Virus record (IMG/VR): IMGVR_UViG_3300042518_000658
Coordinates: 1-60,339 of that record
Direction: 5' to 3' (one strand)
DNA length: 60,339 nucleotides
DNA from: a virus
Taxonomy: Duplodnaviria; Caudoviricetes
Of the stretch, positions 43,206-52,808 are shown piece by piece. Positions within the stretch are counted from its first letter, which is position 1; every line of letters starts with the position of its first letter. Under the pieces are notes generated by a model that was not told where the DNA came from, did no database searches, and saw only the letters and a list, made by a program, of their open reading frames with translations. The position numbers and the translations under genes are program-made.

Positions 43206-46090
43206 TATTCGCCTCCCTTGCTGTTGACGCCATACACATCGACTTGATGGATAGACACAGGCCCGGACCCATCCTGTTTTCCAGAAAGGGCAATGCTGAC
43301 ATGGCGGTCGGAGCCGGTCATGTCATCAAGCACTCTTCCTGCGAAAAGTGCCCGTGCCACACCGTGGGCCTCGGCATCTTGTTGAGGAGTAGACTTCATA
43401 TTCAACACGGCGGCGGGGATTTCATCGGAGTGGACGAATCCGGCCCCACGGTCACGCCTGACCACATTGCTGCGTGGGTACTTGGCGTTGTTGTAAAAGC
43501 CCTGAAGCCGTAACTCGCAATCCCCCGTGGTGGGCTGGTAAGTCACCGAGCAGTGCCGGGACTGGGTTTCGCCGCCCTTCTTGTCCTGTGCATCGGTGAC
43601 GTACTCAAAACAGCCCGAGCGGAACGACCAGTGGACCGGAGCAGAGCCGCTGCCCACAGTGAACGATGCCACTGCCTGCCTGCCGCCAGATTCAGGGGGC
43701 TCAATCGTAAGCGGGCCGGGGCTGTACCCGGTGCCGGGGTGCTTGATGACGATGCCGGTGATCTCGCCATCCGGGTTGATGCCAGCCTCGAACTCTGCCC
43801 CATGCCCGCCGGGGGCTGTGATCTTGGGGGGTTTCCGGTAGCCGCGACCGCGATCAGTGATGGTCACGCTGCTGACAGAATCGTCGGCCAGATCGGTCAG
43901 GCCAGACGAAAGTTGCCTGAGTGCCCCACGGGAGGTGCCGTAAACAAGAGCCAGTTCGCCGTCATCCGTCCGGCAATCAGCCCCAGCCGTCAGTTCAGTG
44001 GGGTATCGCTCTTCCCACCACGACTTGTAGTCAAAGGAATAGACCAGTTGGCGGGTTGGGTATTTCTGGGAGCCGTCGCCTTTGAGGGCAATGTTGACCC
44101 GCAGGACGTTTAACTTCCTGTCGGCACGCACCATGAACCACTCACGCAGGGACATATCAATCTCGCCCTGCCAGAGGTTGTCTAGGCCTAAGGACAGGTT
44201 CTCGACATTGCCCTGAGCGTTCATGGAGTAAACGCCTTGAGAGTCCATGGCGTAGATGACGCCCTCGTAGATGTCCCAGCACCGCTGGTTGATGCAGCCC
44301 CTGTAGGCAAGCAGGAACACGGCGGCGTCGATCAGCGGCTGCGAGACGTAGGTGAGCCTGTGGCTGTGCCGTGACTGGCAGCAGATCATGGCCCCGGCAT
44401 ACGGGATCAGGGCAGTCAGGTAGTCCGTGGACCGAAGGTTGCTCTGGAGGATGATCTCGTTGACATCCGGCATCGACTCCGGCTCATCGGCCTCCGAGAG
44501 CCGGAGCGTGTTTGGCTCCTTGCCGGTCGTGTCCACTCCCATCCACATACGGTCCTGAAACATGACCCCAACGGCAAAGTTGGATGGAGGAACCCCAAAC
44601 CTATTGGCGTTCAGTTCGCCGTTTGGAAGCAGGATTGGCATGACCTGAAACCCATCCCGGTCGGCATCGACCAGTTCCCAATCGGAAAGCGTGTCAGTGG
44701 TGCTGCCGAAAGAGTCGCCGCCGCCGATCTTGGCAACCCGGAACAGCGTGGTGGCTTGATTGCTTGTCGTTCGCCACAGTTCCACCGAAAACCCACTTGG
44801 AGGGCTTGCGTAACTCCATGTCAGTTCAGAAGCCCCGTCTCCGCAGTCAACCTCGGTGACGGGGGACAGGCTGGAGTACAGGGGGCCGCCTTCTTCTTCT
44901 GGGACGGTGTCGTTGACGTATCGGTAGTAGCACTGGTAAGTGCCCCTAAGAGTGGCACGCACTATCGCCGTGGCCTTTGCCTCGGTGCTCCCCCTTACTG
45001 AAAGGCCGGGCGGGAACAGAACCGTGGTTCCGATCAGTGCCTTGTCTGCGTCCGTAACCCCGGTCACCTCGCCTGAGCAGTTGGACGTAGCAGTAAGAGT
45101 CCCGAACGAACCGGCGTCCACTTCTGGGGCACGAAGGTACATGGAGCCGGGGTTAGTTACTGAAATCCCCGTTACCTTGCGTGAACGCCATGGATTCAGT
45201 GAGGTCAGGCTCGACTCATTCGGGCACTTGGGGTGGCCAAGCGTATACCCCTTAATCACTAACTTGCATGGGTTGGGCGGGGTGAGCCCGCACGGGGCTC
45301 TCTCCAGAATCAGCGTGACCTCGTCAGATGGCGAGTACCCGGAGCCGAATGACTCGACCTCAACGTCTGGTGCTTGGGCACGCTTAATGCCGGAGCCGGT
45401 CGCACACGGGTCTTCGTTGACCATTTCGGACCCCTGACGCCAGATGACGCCAAAGGCATTGATCTTGACCGTGGCCCCCGTCCCGGTGCCGCCAGAGCCA
45501 GTGCCCGTGTAGTAACTGACCGTAAACCCCGGCCTATTCTGGGTGTCGCTGACTTGAGTTATCCCGTCGCGGCAATACAGGCGAAGGCTTGTCTCGCCCT
45601 GCTCGACCTCCCAGTAGACGATGCCTGTCCTTGGGTCGCCGCCTGTGTCGGCTCCGTCCAGCGTGACGCTGACCTCGGCCCCGGTGCCAACTGCCGGGTC
45701 CAGATCGTCGCTGACCACCCTGACGCACGGGGTCTGGCTGTACCCTTTGCCATATTTAGTTACGTCTATTTCATTAACCGCCCCTCCCCGGATTCTGGAG
45801 ATGGCCTCGGCGGGCTCCGTTGGGGCTGGCCCGATGGGGGTAATGACGATCTTGGGCGGCTTGTTGTACCCAGACCCCTCGCCCTCAATGTCGATCCGGG
45901 CGACGTAATAAGTTGGGGTGGTGTTTATGGAGATGTTTGGAGAAGCGGTGGGGGCATCCATTCCCACCTCCCGCCAAGCCTTCAGGCTTGGGCTATAGAC
46001 CATCCCCCTGTTGCCATAGCCTTGGTAGACGTAGACCTCGTTTCGCCGCCCTTGGGAAAAAGCGACTGTGTGTTCGCCTGTGAAAGCCAT
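43205..46090 (-). CDS. Tail nozzle/stabilisation protein (P22 gp10- or T7 gp12-like) with inserted beta repeats
   Basis: 961 aa; FQDRMWMG...LRLSE..EPES, GCINQR and VYSFDYKSW propeller-like segments; repeated I..[GP]GSGY...P units. Confidence 0.65.
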   Translation of the reverse strand: MAFTGEHTVAFSQGRRNEVYVYQGYGNRGMVYSPSLKAWREVGMDAPTASPNISINTTPTYYVARIDIEGEGSGYNKPPKIVITPIGPAPTEPAEAISRIRGGAVNEIDVTKYGKGYSQTPCVRVVSDDLDPAVGTGAEVSVTLDGADTGGDPRTGIVYWEVEQGETSLRLYCRDGITQVSDTQNRPGFTVSYYTGTGSGGTGTGATVKINAFGVIWRQGSEMVNEDPCATGSGIKRAQAPDVEVESFGSGYSPSDEVTLILERAPCGLTPPNPCKLVIKGYTLGHPKCPNESSLTSLNPWRSRKVTGISVTNPGSMYLRAPEVDAGSFGTLTATSNCSGEVTGVTDADKALIGTTVLFPPGLSVRGSTEAKATAIVRATLRGTYQCYYRYVNDTVPEEEGGPLYSSLSPVTEVDCGDGASELTWSYASPPSGFSVELWRTTSNQATTLFRVAKIGGGDSFGSTTDTLSDWELVDADRDGFQVMPILLPNGELNANRFGVPPSNFAVGVMFQDRMWMGVDTTGKEPNTLRLSEADEPESMPDVNEIILQSNLRSTDYLTALIPYAGAMICCQSRHSHRLTYVSQPLIDAAVFLLAYRGCINQRCWDIYEGVIYAMDSQGVYSMNAQGNVENLSLGLDNLWQGEIDMSLREWFMVRADRKLNVLRVNIALKGDGSQKYPTRQLVYSFDYKSWWEERYPTELTAGADCRTDDGELALVYGTSRGALRQLSSGLTDLADDSVSSVTITDRGRGYRKPPKITAPGGHGAEFEAGINPDGEITGIVIKHPGTGYSPGPLTIEPPESGGRQAVASFTVGSGSAPVHWSFRSGCFEYVTDAQDKKGGETQSRHCSVTYQPTTGDCELRLQGFYNNAKYPRSNVVRRDRGAGFVHSDEIPAAVLNMKSTPQQDAEAHGVARALFAGRVLDDMTGSDRHVSIALSGKQDGSGPVSIHQVDVYGVNSKGGE

Positions 46091-46092
46091 GG

Positions 46093-46404
46093 TTAAATAA
46101 GGCCGGGGGTGGGGTCTGTGTATTCAATGCTGGGACTAACAAACTGGACGATCTCCCCGGCATCGGTGAACGCAAAGACGATCTCCGTCTGGTTCGACCC
46201 GGTGCTGTAGCCCCACAGTTCCAGCAGAGCCCCGCCAGTGGCCACCTGCGGCCCTTCGGTAGCCACGGGCATCATGCCGCCCCTGACAGACAACTGGCCC
46301 GGGGGCAGGCTGGTGGCGTTCACCTGCTCAACGGCACCGCCAGCGGGCAGGATGTAGGGCGAGGCATTCGAGACCCAGCCCGGCCATTTGCTTATGCGAA
46401 TCAT
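46093..46404 (-). CDS. Tail protein; resembles a detached N-terminal part of the nozzle protein
   Basis: 103 aa; N.....GQLSVRGG motif is typical of nozzle N-termini; ends 2 nt before the next start. Confidence 0.5.
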   Translation of the reverse strand: MIRISKWPGWVSNASPYILPAGGAVEQVNATSLPPGQLSVRGGMMPVATEGPQVATGGALLELWGYSTGSNQTEIVFAFTDAGEIVQFVSPSIEYTDPTPGLI

Positions 46405-47471
46405 CCGCAGGCTCCGAAGACCGTGCTGGCACTGCCGCCATCCCAGACTTCGGTGCCAGAGTTAGAAGCATTGCCGCCAGACACACTGGGCTTCAATGGG
46501 CATTGGCCTGTAGGACCGCCATGCCCACCACCACCGGACCCACCGTCAGTGCCCGGACGGAGATACCAGAAGTTGTAGTAGTGGCTTCCGTTGTTACGCC
46601 TTCCAGACAGCGGAGCCATGGCGTCCTGCTCAAAAGCAAGGCGAAGGTCCCTTCCGTAAATGCCGGTTGCGCCTTCGATATTCTTGCCCAAAAGCCGCGA
46701 AACCCACACTTCAGACCCTGAAAGAAGGGCCGTGTACATATTCGGTGAAATGTCCAGATAGTCGGTCACGACGTACTTGGTATTGGCGTGGGCAACACCG
46801 GACACAGGAGACCAGACGGATAGTTTGGTTGGGCTTTCAACTCCTATGACCATGCCCTCATCTCGAAATGGGTGCATTCCGGCAAGGGACTCTGGGTGGT
46901 AGGCACTGTCGCCAGACGCCCGGAGGATGGAGCCGAGCATCTGGTTGTTAAACTGGGTGCCAGTGCCAACAGCCTCGCCGTCAGCCCAGTCCAGAGTGCC
47001 GGACCTGCTGGAAGGCTCCCACCCGGTGCATCTCAGGTCTTTTGGCCTGCGGCGGTAGGTGAGCATACAGGTCTGCCCGTACCTGTAGCCGTTCAAGATT
47101 TTCAGGTCGAACCGATCTGGGAACGTCTTGGATGGGGCTATGGTCCACACCAGCCTGACGAGTTGCCGGTAGGGCGAGTTCGTGAGCCTGTCCCATTCAG
47201 TGGGGTCAACGTACTCTGCCAGAAGGTGGGGCTCACGCAGTTGAATCGAGTCAACCGACTGCACTCCCCAAGGCAGGGTGTGGAGGGTGATGTCCTCGGC
47301 GTTGGGCAACTCCAGTTGCTCAGAGGCGTGATACCACCGCCAATCCCTAACCGATACCAGATCCCGGTAGGCATGAAACAAGGCCTGACGCAAGACCCTA
47401 TGCTCTTGGTCTTGGGCACCACCGCCAGTGGTGGACATCAGGTATTCGATTACGTCTAGGGCTGTGTACAT
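46401..47471 (-). CDS. Head-tail adaptor/gatekeeper protein
   Basis: Start at MYTALDV; AYRDLVSVRDWRW and LTYRRRPKDL motifs; upstream of the nozzle gene. Confidence 0.6.
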   Translation of the reverse strand: MYTALDVIEYLMSTTGGGAQDQEHRVLRQALFHAYRDLVSVRDWRWYHASEQLELPNAEDITLHTLPWGVQSVDSIQLREPHLLAEYVDPTEWDRLTNSPYRQLVRLVWTIAPSKTFPDRFDLKILNGYRYGQTCMLTYRRRPKDLRCTGWEPSSRSGTLDWADGEAVGTGTQFNNQMLGSILRASGDSAYHPESLAGMHPFRDEGMVIGVESPTKLSVWSPVSGVAHANTKYVVTDYLDISPNMYTALLSGSEVWVSRLLGKNIEGATGIYGRDLRLAFEQDAMAPLSGRRNNGSHYYNFWYLRPGTDGGSGGGGHGGPTGQCPLKPSVSGGNASNSGTEVWDGGSASTVFGACG

Positions 47472-47509
47472 GACTAAGTGTGGGCTGTTCCCCCTAGAAC
47501 CGAATCTGC

Positions 47510-47713
47510 CTAGTTCTTCTCTTCCGATTCCGGCACGCCAGCAGCCGTCCGCTGCCTTGCCCACTCAGCACGGTCTTCGCCCTGCCACACAATCGAAGCA
47601 CCGGCCCCGACATACAAGACCTGCTCGGGCGTGAGTTCAACAGCGAACGGGTCGCCCGCTGGGGTACGCAGCACGAAGTAGGTGGTCCGCTCTGGGTATG
47701 CGATCTCCGTCAT
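47510..47713 (-). CDS. Small hypothetical protein (possible fibre chaperone)
   Basis: 67 aa; TGATG coupling to the upstream adhesin gene. Confidence 0.55.
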   Translation of the reverse strand: MTEIAYPERTTYFVLRTPAGDPFAVELTPEQVLYVGAGASIVWQGEDRAEWARQRTAAGVPESEEKN

Positions 47714-49269
47714 CAGACTGTCCCTCCGTCAGTGATCGTCCAGCCAAAGGCAATCAGGGACTGCTTGGCAGTTGTGCCTGCACCGCTGGACTTGGAATTG
47801 CCAAACGAAATGGCGTATGGCGTCTTGAATCGCACCGGAGCCAGCCGCCGGTTATTCCAATCCGTCAGCGTGTCGTTGTAGGCGTCCGTTGGCAGGCTAA
47901 AGTTTCCACCGAGGCTTGTGGGCGTGACGGCATTCGGCCCAATTGTCCAGCCAGTGAGCCTCTGATTGAACTTTCCGCATCCGGCGTAGATGCCCTCGAA
48001 GTGGGTGGTCGTCGGCCCGATCTCAATGTCGGATGACGTAAGTTCCGGGCATCCACTGAAGCAGCCGTTGATGCTGAGCAGACGGGATGTGTCTAGGCCA
48101 GAAAAGGTCTTGAGGGAGCGGCAGTTTCTGAAGGCTTGGATCATCTGCACGGGGCTTCCGCACTCACTAAAATCTGCGTACTCCAGTGCGATGCAGTTCT
48201 CGAAGGCAAGACCCCAATCCTCCGAAGAAGGCAGGTTCAGTCGGGTTAAGCCATTTTCATTGCTCAAGACCGCAGACAGAGACACGCACTCCCTAAACAA
48301 CGAACTGACTTCCGTAGCAGCGGGGGCATCTATGTAGGGGCATTGATCGAGCGACCGGCAACCTATGAACATCGCCGTCATGTCGATGGCCGAGGGGAAC
48401 GAGTAGGAAGTTTCCCCCGACAGCGCGAGGCAGGTTTCAAACATAAACCGGACGGACTCAGCGGCGGGCAGGTTCAGAGCAGGCCAGACCCGCATGGCCG
48501 AGCAGTTGCTAAACATACGATCCGCATTTACAGCGACAGGGGCACTTATTACCTGCCGCACGGTCATGGAGGTGCAGGATTCAAACATCCCGAACACGCT
48601 CGTCGCATTCGACAGGTCAAACGCCACTGGCTGATTGAAGGACGAGCAGCCGCTGAAAATACCTGACACGCTGGTGACGGCAGAGGTGTTAAAGAACAGC
48701 GGTTGATTGAATGAGCGGCAGTTCCTGAACATCCCGTCCATATTGGTGACGGTTAGGGGCGGTGCCGGAACGTGCATATTCATAAAAGAGGAACCGGAGA
48801 ACGCTTCGGCCAGCGAAGTCAGTCCGGTGTCGCCCCACGACAAGCAGCCGACCAGCATGGGACCGGCTGTGGATATGCGCGATACCGTGCCCCGAATGTG
48901 GACAACGTACAGCCCATCGGCGGCGTAAGTGTGCGTGGGCGAGTCATCGGTCACCGTCTCCTGCGGTGAGCCGTCACCCCAATCCACGACAGCATTCAGA
49001 GCCGCAGTTCCATTGCGGAGCGGCAGGGTGACGGTGGTGTCCCCAGTGCCGTCGTAGGTCGTGTCAAAGGCAAAGGCCAATGCAGTTGGGTCGAACTGCA
49101 CAATACGGCCATCGGGCAGTGATCGCAGGCCGGTCAGGTCAAGGTGCAGCAGGGAGTCGCTGCCCGTGCGGAGGGCGTTGTTCGGATCGGCACTGGGCGT
49201 GCTGGGGCCTTCAGGCCCGATCAGGCTGTGCCAATCTGCACCGTCGAATATCTGGACGGACTTAGCCAT
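47713..49269 (-). CDS. BspA/DUF285-type leucine-rich-repeat adhesin with PKD-like domain (probable receptor-binding protein)
   Basis: VDWGDGS...HTYAADGLYVVHIRG (PKD-like); repeats such as VTNMDGMFRNCRSFNQPL; C-terminal LIAFGWTITDGG. Confidence 0.85.
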   Translation of the reverse strand: MAKSVQIFDGADWHSLIGPEGPSTPSADPNNALRTGSDSLLHLDLTGLRSLPDGRIVQFDPTALAFAFDTTYDGTGDTTVTLPLRNGTAALNAVVDWGDGSPQETVTDDSPTHTYAADGLYVVHIRGTVSRISTAGPMLVGCLSWGDTGLTSLAEAFSGSSFMNMHVPAPPLTVTNMDGMFRNCRSFNQPLFFNTSAVTSVSGIFSGCSSFNQPVAFDLSNATSVFGMFESCTSMTVRQVISAPVAVNADRMFSNCSAMRVWPALNLPAAESVRFMFETCLALSGETSYSFPSAIDMTAMFIGCRSLDQCPYIDAPAATEVSSLFRECVSLSAVLSNENGLTRLNLPSSEDWGLAFENCIALEYADFSECGSPVQMIQAFRNCRSLKTFSGLDTSRLLSINGCFSGCPELTSSDIEIGPTTTHFEGIYAGCGKFNQRLTGWTIGPNAVTPTSLGGNFSLPTDAYNDTLTDWNNRRLAPVRFKTPYAISFGNSKSSGAGTTAKQSLIAFGWTITDGGTV

Positions 49270-49286
49270 TGAGGCTCCCTATCAGT

Positions 49287-49523
49287 TCAAGTGTTGTCGA
49301 TCCAGATGGCACCGGGCCGGGTCGGCGTCGGCTGCGAAGCCTGCACGAACACCTCGATGCTCTCGCCGTCATTGCCGGGGTCACCCTTGGCACCGTCCGC
49401 ACCGGGTGCCCCGTCCGCACCGGGAGTACCATCGGCACCGGGGGCACCGTCAACTCCGGCGTCACCCTTGGGGCCAATGAGGGATACCCATGCGGTTCCT
49501 GTCCAAATGCTTGCCGATGCCAT
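49287..49523 (-). CDS. Mini collagen-like fibre subunit
   Basis: About 12 uninterrupted Gly-X-Y triplets (GADGAP-type) between IWTGTAWV and PTPTRPGAIWIDNT. Confidence 0.8.
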   Translation of the reverse strand: MASASIWTGTAWVSLIGPKGDAGVDGAPGADGTPGADGAPGADGAKGDPGNDGESIEVFVQASQPTPTRPGAIWIDNT

Positions 49524-49536
49524 TCCTGCTTACTCC

Positions 49537-49734
49537 TTAGGGTTGAAACCAAATCGTTCCGGGTTTGGGATTGCTGGGAGCGGTGGCCTGCTCCACCACC
49601 ACGATTGACTCGCCGTCCTGTCCGTCTGCACCAGCCGGGCCAGCAGGGCCTTGGGGGCCGGGCGTACCGCCACCACCGCCTCCGGTGGAGACCGGAACCC
49701 AGTTCGCGCCGTCCCAGTAGTTGAGCGTTGGCAT
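49537..49734 (-). CDS. Mini collagen-like fibre subunit
   Basis: YWDGANWV, poly-Gly, a Gly-X-Y run, then APSNPKPGTIWFQP. Confidence 0.8.
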   Translation of the reverse strand: MPTLNYWDGANWVPVSTGGGGGGTPGPQGPAGPAGADGQDGESIVVVEQATAPSNPKPGTIWFQP

Positions 49735-49737
49735 TGG

Positions 49738-51159
49738 TTATTCGTATGCGGGGTAGGAGATGCCGTCGAGCCAGACAGTGTTGAGTGCGTTGTCGCAAGA
49801 AATGCCGACTTGCCGGTTAACCTGAAAGGTTGCGTACCCGTAGTAGCGACCGGCCGGGCTGGTGTTTTTACACGCCAGCGGGATCACCATTTCCCGAGGG
49901 GGTGGCGGGATCGTTGCGGGAAGTTGGAAAGCGTTGGCGATGTATCCCGACCCTATCGACTTCACCACCTCGCCTCGCAGATAAACCACGCCGTTCAGAA
50001 CCTTTGCCTGCGGGGTAGATGCGGCAGACCCAGCGTTGACCATATTTGTCCACGGCACATCGGCGGGGATAGTCTTGCCACCCGACATCATCTTCTTGAC
50101 TTCATCCAGCACCGATTGCTTGAAGGTGGCTAGGGCCGGATCATTGATCGACGGTGAGCCGAGCGGGTTGATAGCCGCCAGCCTGTCATCGACCTGCTTG
50201 CGGGAGTACAAGAACAACGCCATCTGGTTGTCGAAGTCGGCCTTGCTGAACGCTTGGTCAATTCGCATGAAGCGGTCATCGGTTTGCTTCTGCGTGTAGT
50301 ACCTGCCGTCCGACTCTGCACGGGTGTAGATGCTGTCGAAGATGGCCTGTGCCTGCGCCTGAAGCAGCGTGACGGCTTCCTTTCGGGCGTACTGCACATC
50401 GGCATCGACAATGGTGACGTAGGGGGAAAGATCGACCGCCGGTGCCGCCTTGGACTCCAGCGACTCCACCCTTGGCAGGAGTGCATTGAGCGGATCGAGG
50501 TCGGACTTTAGGACGAGGTAGTCATTGACCAAGCCCTGAGTGAAGACCAGACGGGGGCCATAGCCTTCACCAGTATCGGTGTAGGTGAGTGCCACCGGAG
50601 GCAGAAGGGAGTCGCCAAACCCAATAGCCTGAACGGTAGCGGTCTTGGCAAGGAGAGCCTGCTCGTTGTCCTGCTTCCGGGCGTAGCGTTCATCCGATTC
50701 GGCACGGTCGCAGTAGTCCGACAGGTCAACCACACCCCCGCCGCCGGTAAGGGCGAACAGGTCAACCATCTGGGGATTGTCGAAGGGCTTATCCAGTTCG
50801 GCACTGGTAAACCGCATCCACTTGCCGTCTGAGTCACAAGTGACAAGCGTGGACGGGTTCTGGGTTGTGGGCTGGCCCGTGCTGCTCTTGACGATCCTTG
50901 CCACCGAGCGGATCGGACCCTGCACCACTACCGTAGTCTGGTACTCCTGCCTCACGACAGAGATGACGGTTGCGGCGTCCTTGTAGTAGTGCAGGCCGTC
51001 AGCCAGACCCTTGTAGGCATCCTCGACACCGCTGGGGGTCGGGAAGGTCGGCTGCGGGATCGGGCCATCATGGATGGTGATGGACGATGGCGAACCACCA
51101 GCCCCGGAGCCGATCCATCGGCCATTGCTGTAGACGTAGAGAGCCTTGGCATCAGACAT
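49738..51159 (-). CDS. Tail fibre protein
   Basis: Repeated Y[TS]xx[EQ]xDxR[YFL] units; C-terminal NGVVYLRG...FQLP..WLDGISY tip domain. Confidence 0.7.
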   Translation of the reverse strand: MSDAKALYVYSNGRWIGSGAGGSPSSITIHDGPIPQPTFPTPSGVEDAYKGLADGLHYYKDAATVISVVRQEYQTTVVVQGPIRSVARIVKSSTGQPTTQNPSTLVTCDSDGKWMRFTSAELDKPFDNPQMVDLFALTGGGGVVDLSDYCDRAESDERYARKQDNEQALLAKTATVQAIGFGDSLLPPVALTYTDTGEGYGPRLVFTQGLVNDYLVLKSDLDPLNALLPRVESLESKAAPAVDLSPYVTIVDADVQYARKEAVTLLQAQAQAIFDSIYTRAESDGRYYTQKQTDDRFMRIDQAFSKADFDNQMALFLYSRKQVDDRLAAINPLGSPSINDPALATFKQSVLDEVKKMMSGGKTIPADVPWTNMVNAGSAASTPQAKVLNGVVYLRGEVVKSIGSGYIANAFQLPATIPPPPREMVIPLACKNTSPAGRYYGYATFQVNRQVGISCDNALNTVWLDGISYPAYE

Positions 51160-51844
51160 AAGCCGTTGCTCCGTCTAGCGTGACATGGGTGATCTTGCCG
51201 CCGATGGGGCAGATGGAGAGCCTGCCAGTGGTGCTAATCTGGTAGGCAACGGGCTTGAACGCCACGCCAAGTTCCTTGCCTACCAAGATGCCCTGATAGG
51301 CAACGTCGGGCTTCGGGAAAGATGCTGGCAGAGCGCGAACATCGGTGTACGAGCCAGTTGCCGAGTTCGTGTAAACGAGTTCACCCCGCAGCGTGATCTG
51401 GCCGTTGCGGAGGCGGGCCTCGATCAGGCCGGAGCCTGCGACGTTGGTGGTGGGCGTCCAGTTGATGTCTGGCGGGACTTCCTTGCCACCCGACATGGTC
51501 TTACGGACAAGGGCCACAACCTGCTGCTCGGTCAGGCCGGGGTTCTGCGAGATGGCACGGGCAACCTCCGCATCAATGTCCTCTCGCGTAACCAATGGGC
51601 CTGCGACCACGCCAGCCAGCCACAGGTCACCGTCCTTGCAGCCAGTAGGCTCGGCGTCCTGCTCGAACACTGCGGGGAGGTCTTCTGTCTTGGCGTACCC
51701 ATTAAGGTCAACCGGGCCGGCAGGCAGGTTCGCCAGCAGTTGATCTACTTCGGCATCTGTGTAGTAACCGACAAGCCCCTTCGTGTAAGCCCACGAAGAG
51801 GTGCTATCGGTTCTGGTCGGTGGCTGGCGGTCTGGGGCTGGCAT
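51152..51844 (-). CDS. Tail fibre protein with tip domain paralogous to 49738-51159
   Basis: YYTDAEVDQLL, MSGGKEVPPDINWT, NGQITLRGE and TLDGATAY. Confidence 0.7.
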   Translation of the reverse strand: MPAPDRQPPTRTDSTSSWAYTKGLVGYYTDAEVDQLLANLPAGPVDLNGYAKTEDLPAVFEQDAEPTGCKDGDLWLAGVVAGPLVTREDIDAEVARAISQNPGLTEQQVVALVRKTMSGGKEVPPDINWTPTTNVAGSGLIEARLRNGQITLRGELVYTNSATGSYTDVRALPASFPKPDVAYQGILVGKELGVAFKPVAYQISTTGRLSICPIGGKITHVTLDGATAYV

Positions 51845-52791
51845 TATTCGTCCGCTACAAGGAGGAGGTACTTCTTGCCGCCAATCAGGACAGGAATAGC
51901 CCCGGTGATGAGTGGCTGATGGAATGTCAGCCCGTCAGCGGACAGGCCAATGGGAGTGCCATCGGTCTGCGTCTCCACCATGGCCCCGTCAAACACGATG
52001 GGCGAGTCTTCTGTGAACACCCCACCAGCCGTAACCGGGGTGTTGTCAGCGGTGTTGACCCACAGGGCGTCACCAGCCGGAGCCGGAGGTGCGGTGTCGG
52101 AGGTGAAGACCTGCGGCTCAGACGAACCGCCAGACCCGGCAATCGGAACCCACGCCGTTCCGTTCCACACGTTGAGTTCAACGGCATTGGCTGCGGTGAC
52201 GGGCCTTATCCAGATGTCTCCAGTGCGGATGGCCGTTGGTGCGGTATCTGACTCAAAGACAGTGACTGATTCGCCGTCAACTCCGTCAGTTCCGGGCTGT
52301 CCGTCTTGCCCAGCGGGGCCTTCTGGCCCACGGATCGGTCCAGCAGGGTTCCACTTGGTGCCGGTCCAGACATAACCGTCGCCGGGCTGTGATCCTGCTG
52401 GTGCTGTCGGGGGGAGCGGGTCACCGAGAATCCAAAGGTCACCGATCTCAGGGACGCCAGCAGGGGGCCAAACATCGGCCTCGCCTTTGACCTGAATGCC
52501 TTTGCCCGGGGGTCCGGCGGGTCCGGGTAATCCCGGCTGGCCTGCTGGACCACGGGACAGGAGGTACGGCAACTCCGACCAGCGGGTGCTGCCGGTGCCG
52601 ATCTTCAGTTTCCCGGTGGGGTAGCCAATCTCGTAGCCGAACTCACCTGATTCAAGAACGGGATCGTTCTTGGACCAGTTCTCGGCAGAGTCCTGACGAA
52701 GGCTGATCCGCTGGGCGACCCGCTCATAGGAGTCGGCTGGGTTCAGGCCTTGGGCTACGCCAGAACGGTGGCTCGGTGGAACTAACGACAT
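51844..52791 (-). CDS. Tail fibre protein with Mtd/hyaluronidase-like N-terminal attachment domain and collagen repeats
   Basis: ISLRQDSAENWSKNDPVLESGEFGYE..TGKLKIGTGSTRWSELPY; Gly-X-Y runs; DGYVWTGTKW...GPIRGP. Confidence 0.8.
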   Translation of the reverse strand: MSLVPPSHRSGVAQGLNPADSYERVAQRISLRQDSAENWSKNDPVLESGEFGYEIGYPTGKLKIGTGSTRWSELPYLLSRGPAGQPGLPGPAGPPGKGIQVKGEADVWPPAGVPEIGDLWILGDPLPPTAPAGSQPGDGYVWTGTKWNPAGPIRGPEGPAGQDGQPGTDGVDGESVTVFESDTAPTAIRTGDIWIRPVTAANAVELNVWNGTAWVPIAGSGGSSEPQVFTSDTAPPAPAGDALWVNTADNTPVTAGGVFTEDSPIVFDGAMVETQTDGTPIGLSADGLTFHQPLITGAIPVLIGGKKYLLLVADE

Positions 52792-52808
52792 AGTGGGTCC
52801 TCACCCCT

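Noticed and set aside
49370-49480. Short tandem DNA repeats as CRISPR or VNTR
   Set aside because: They are the codons of the GADGAP collagen repeat; no repeat-spacer array was seen anywhere in the window.
51844-52791. Diversity-generating retroelement suggested by the Mtd-like N-terminal domain
   Set aside because: No reverse transcriptase and no TR/VR repeat pair were seen; the domain is a generic fibre attachment module.
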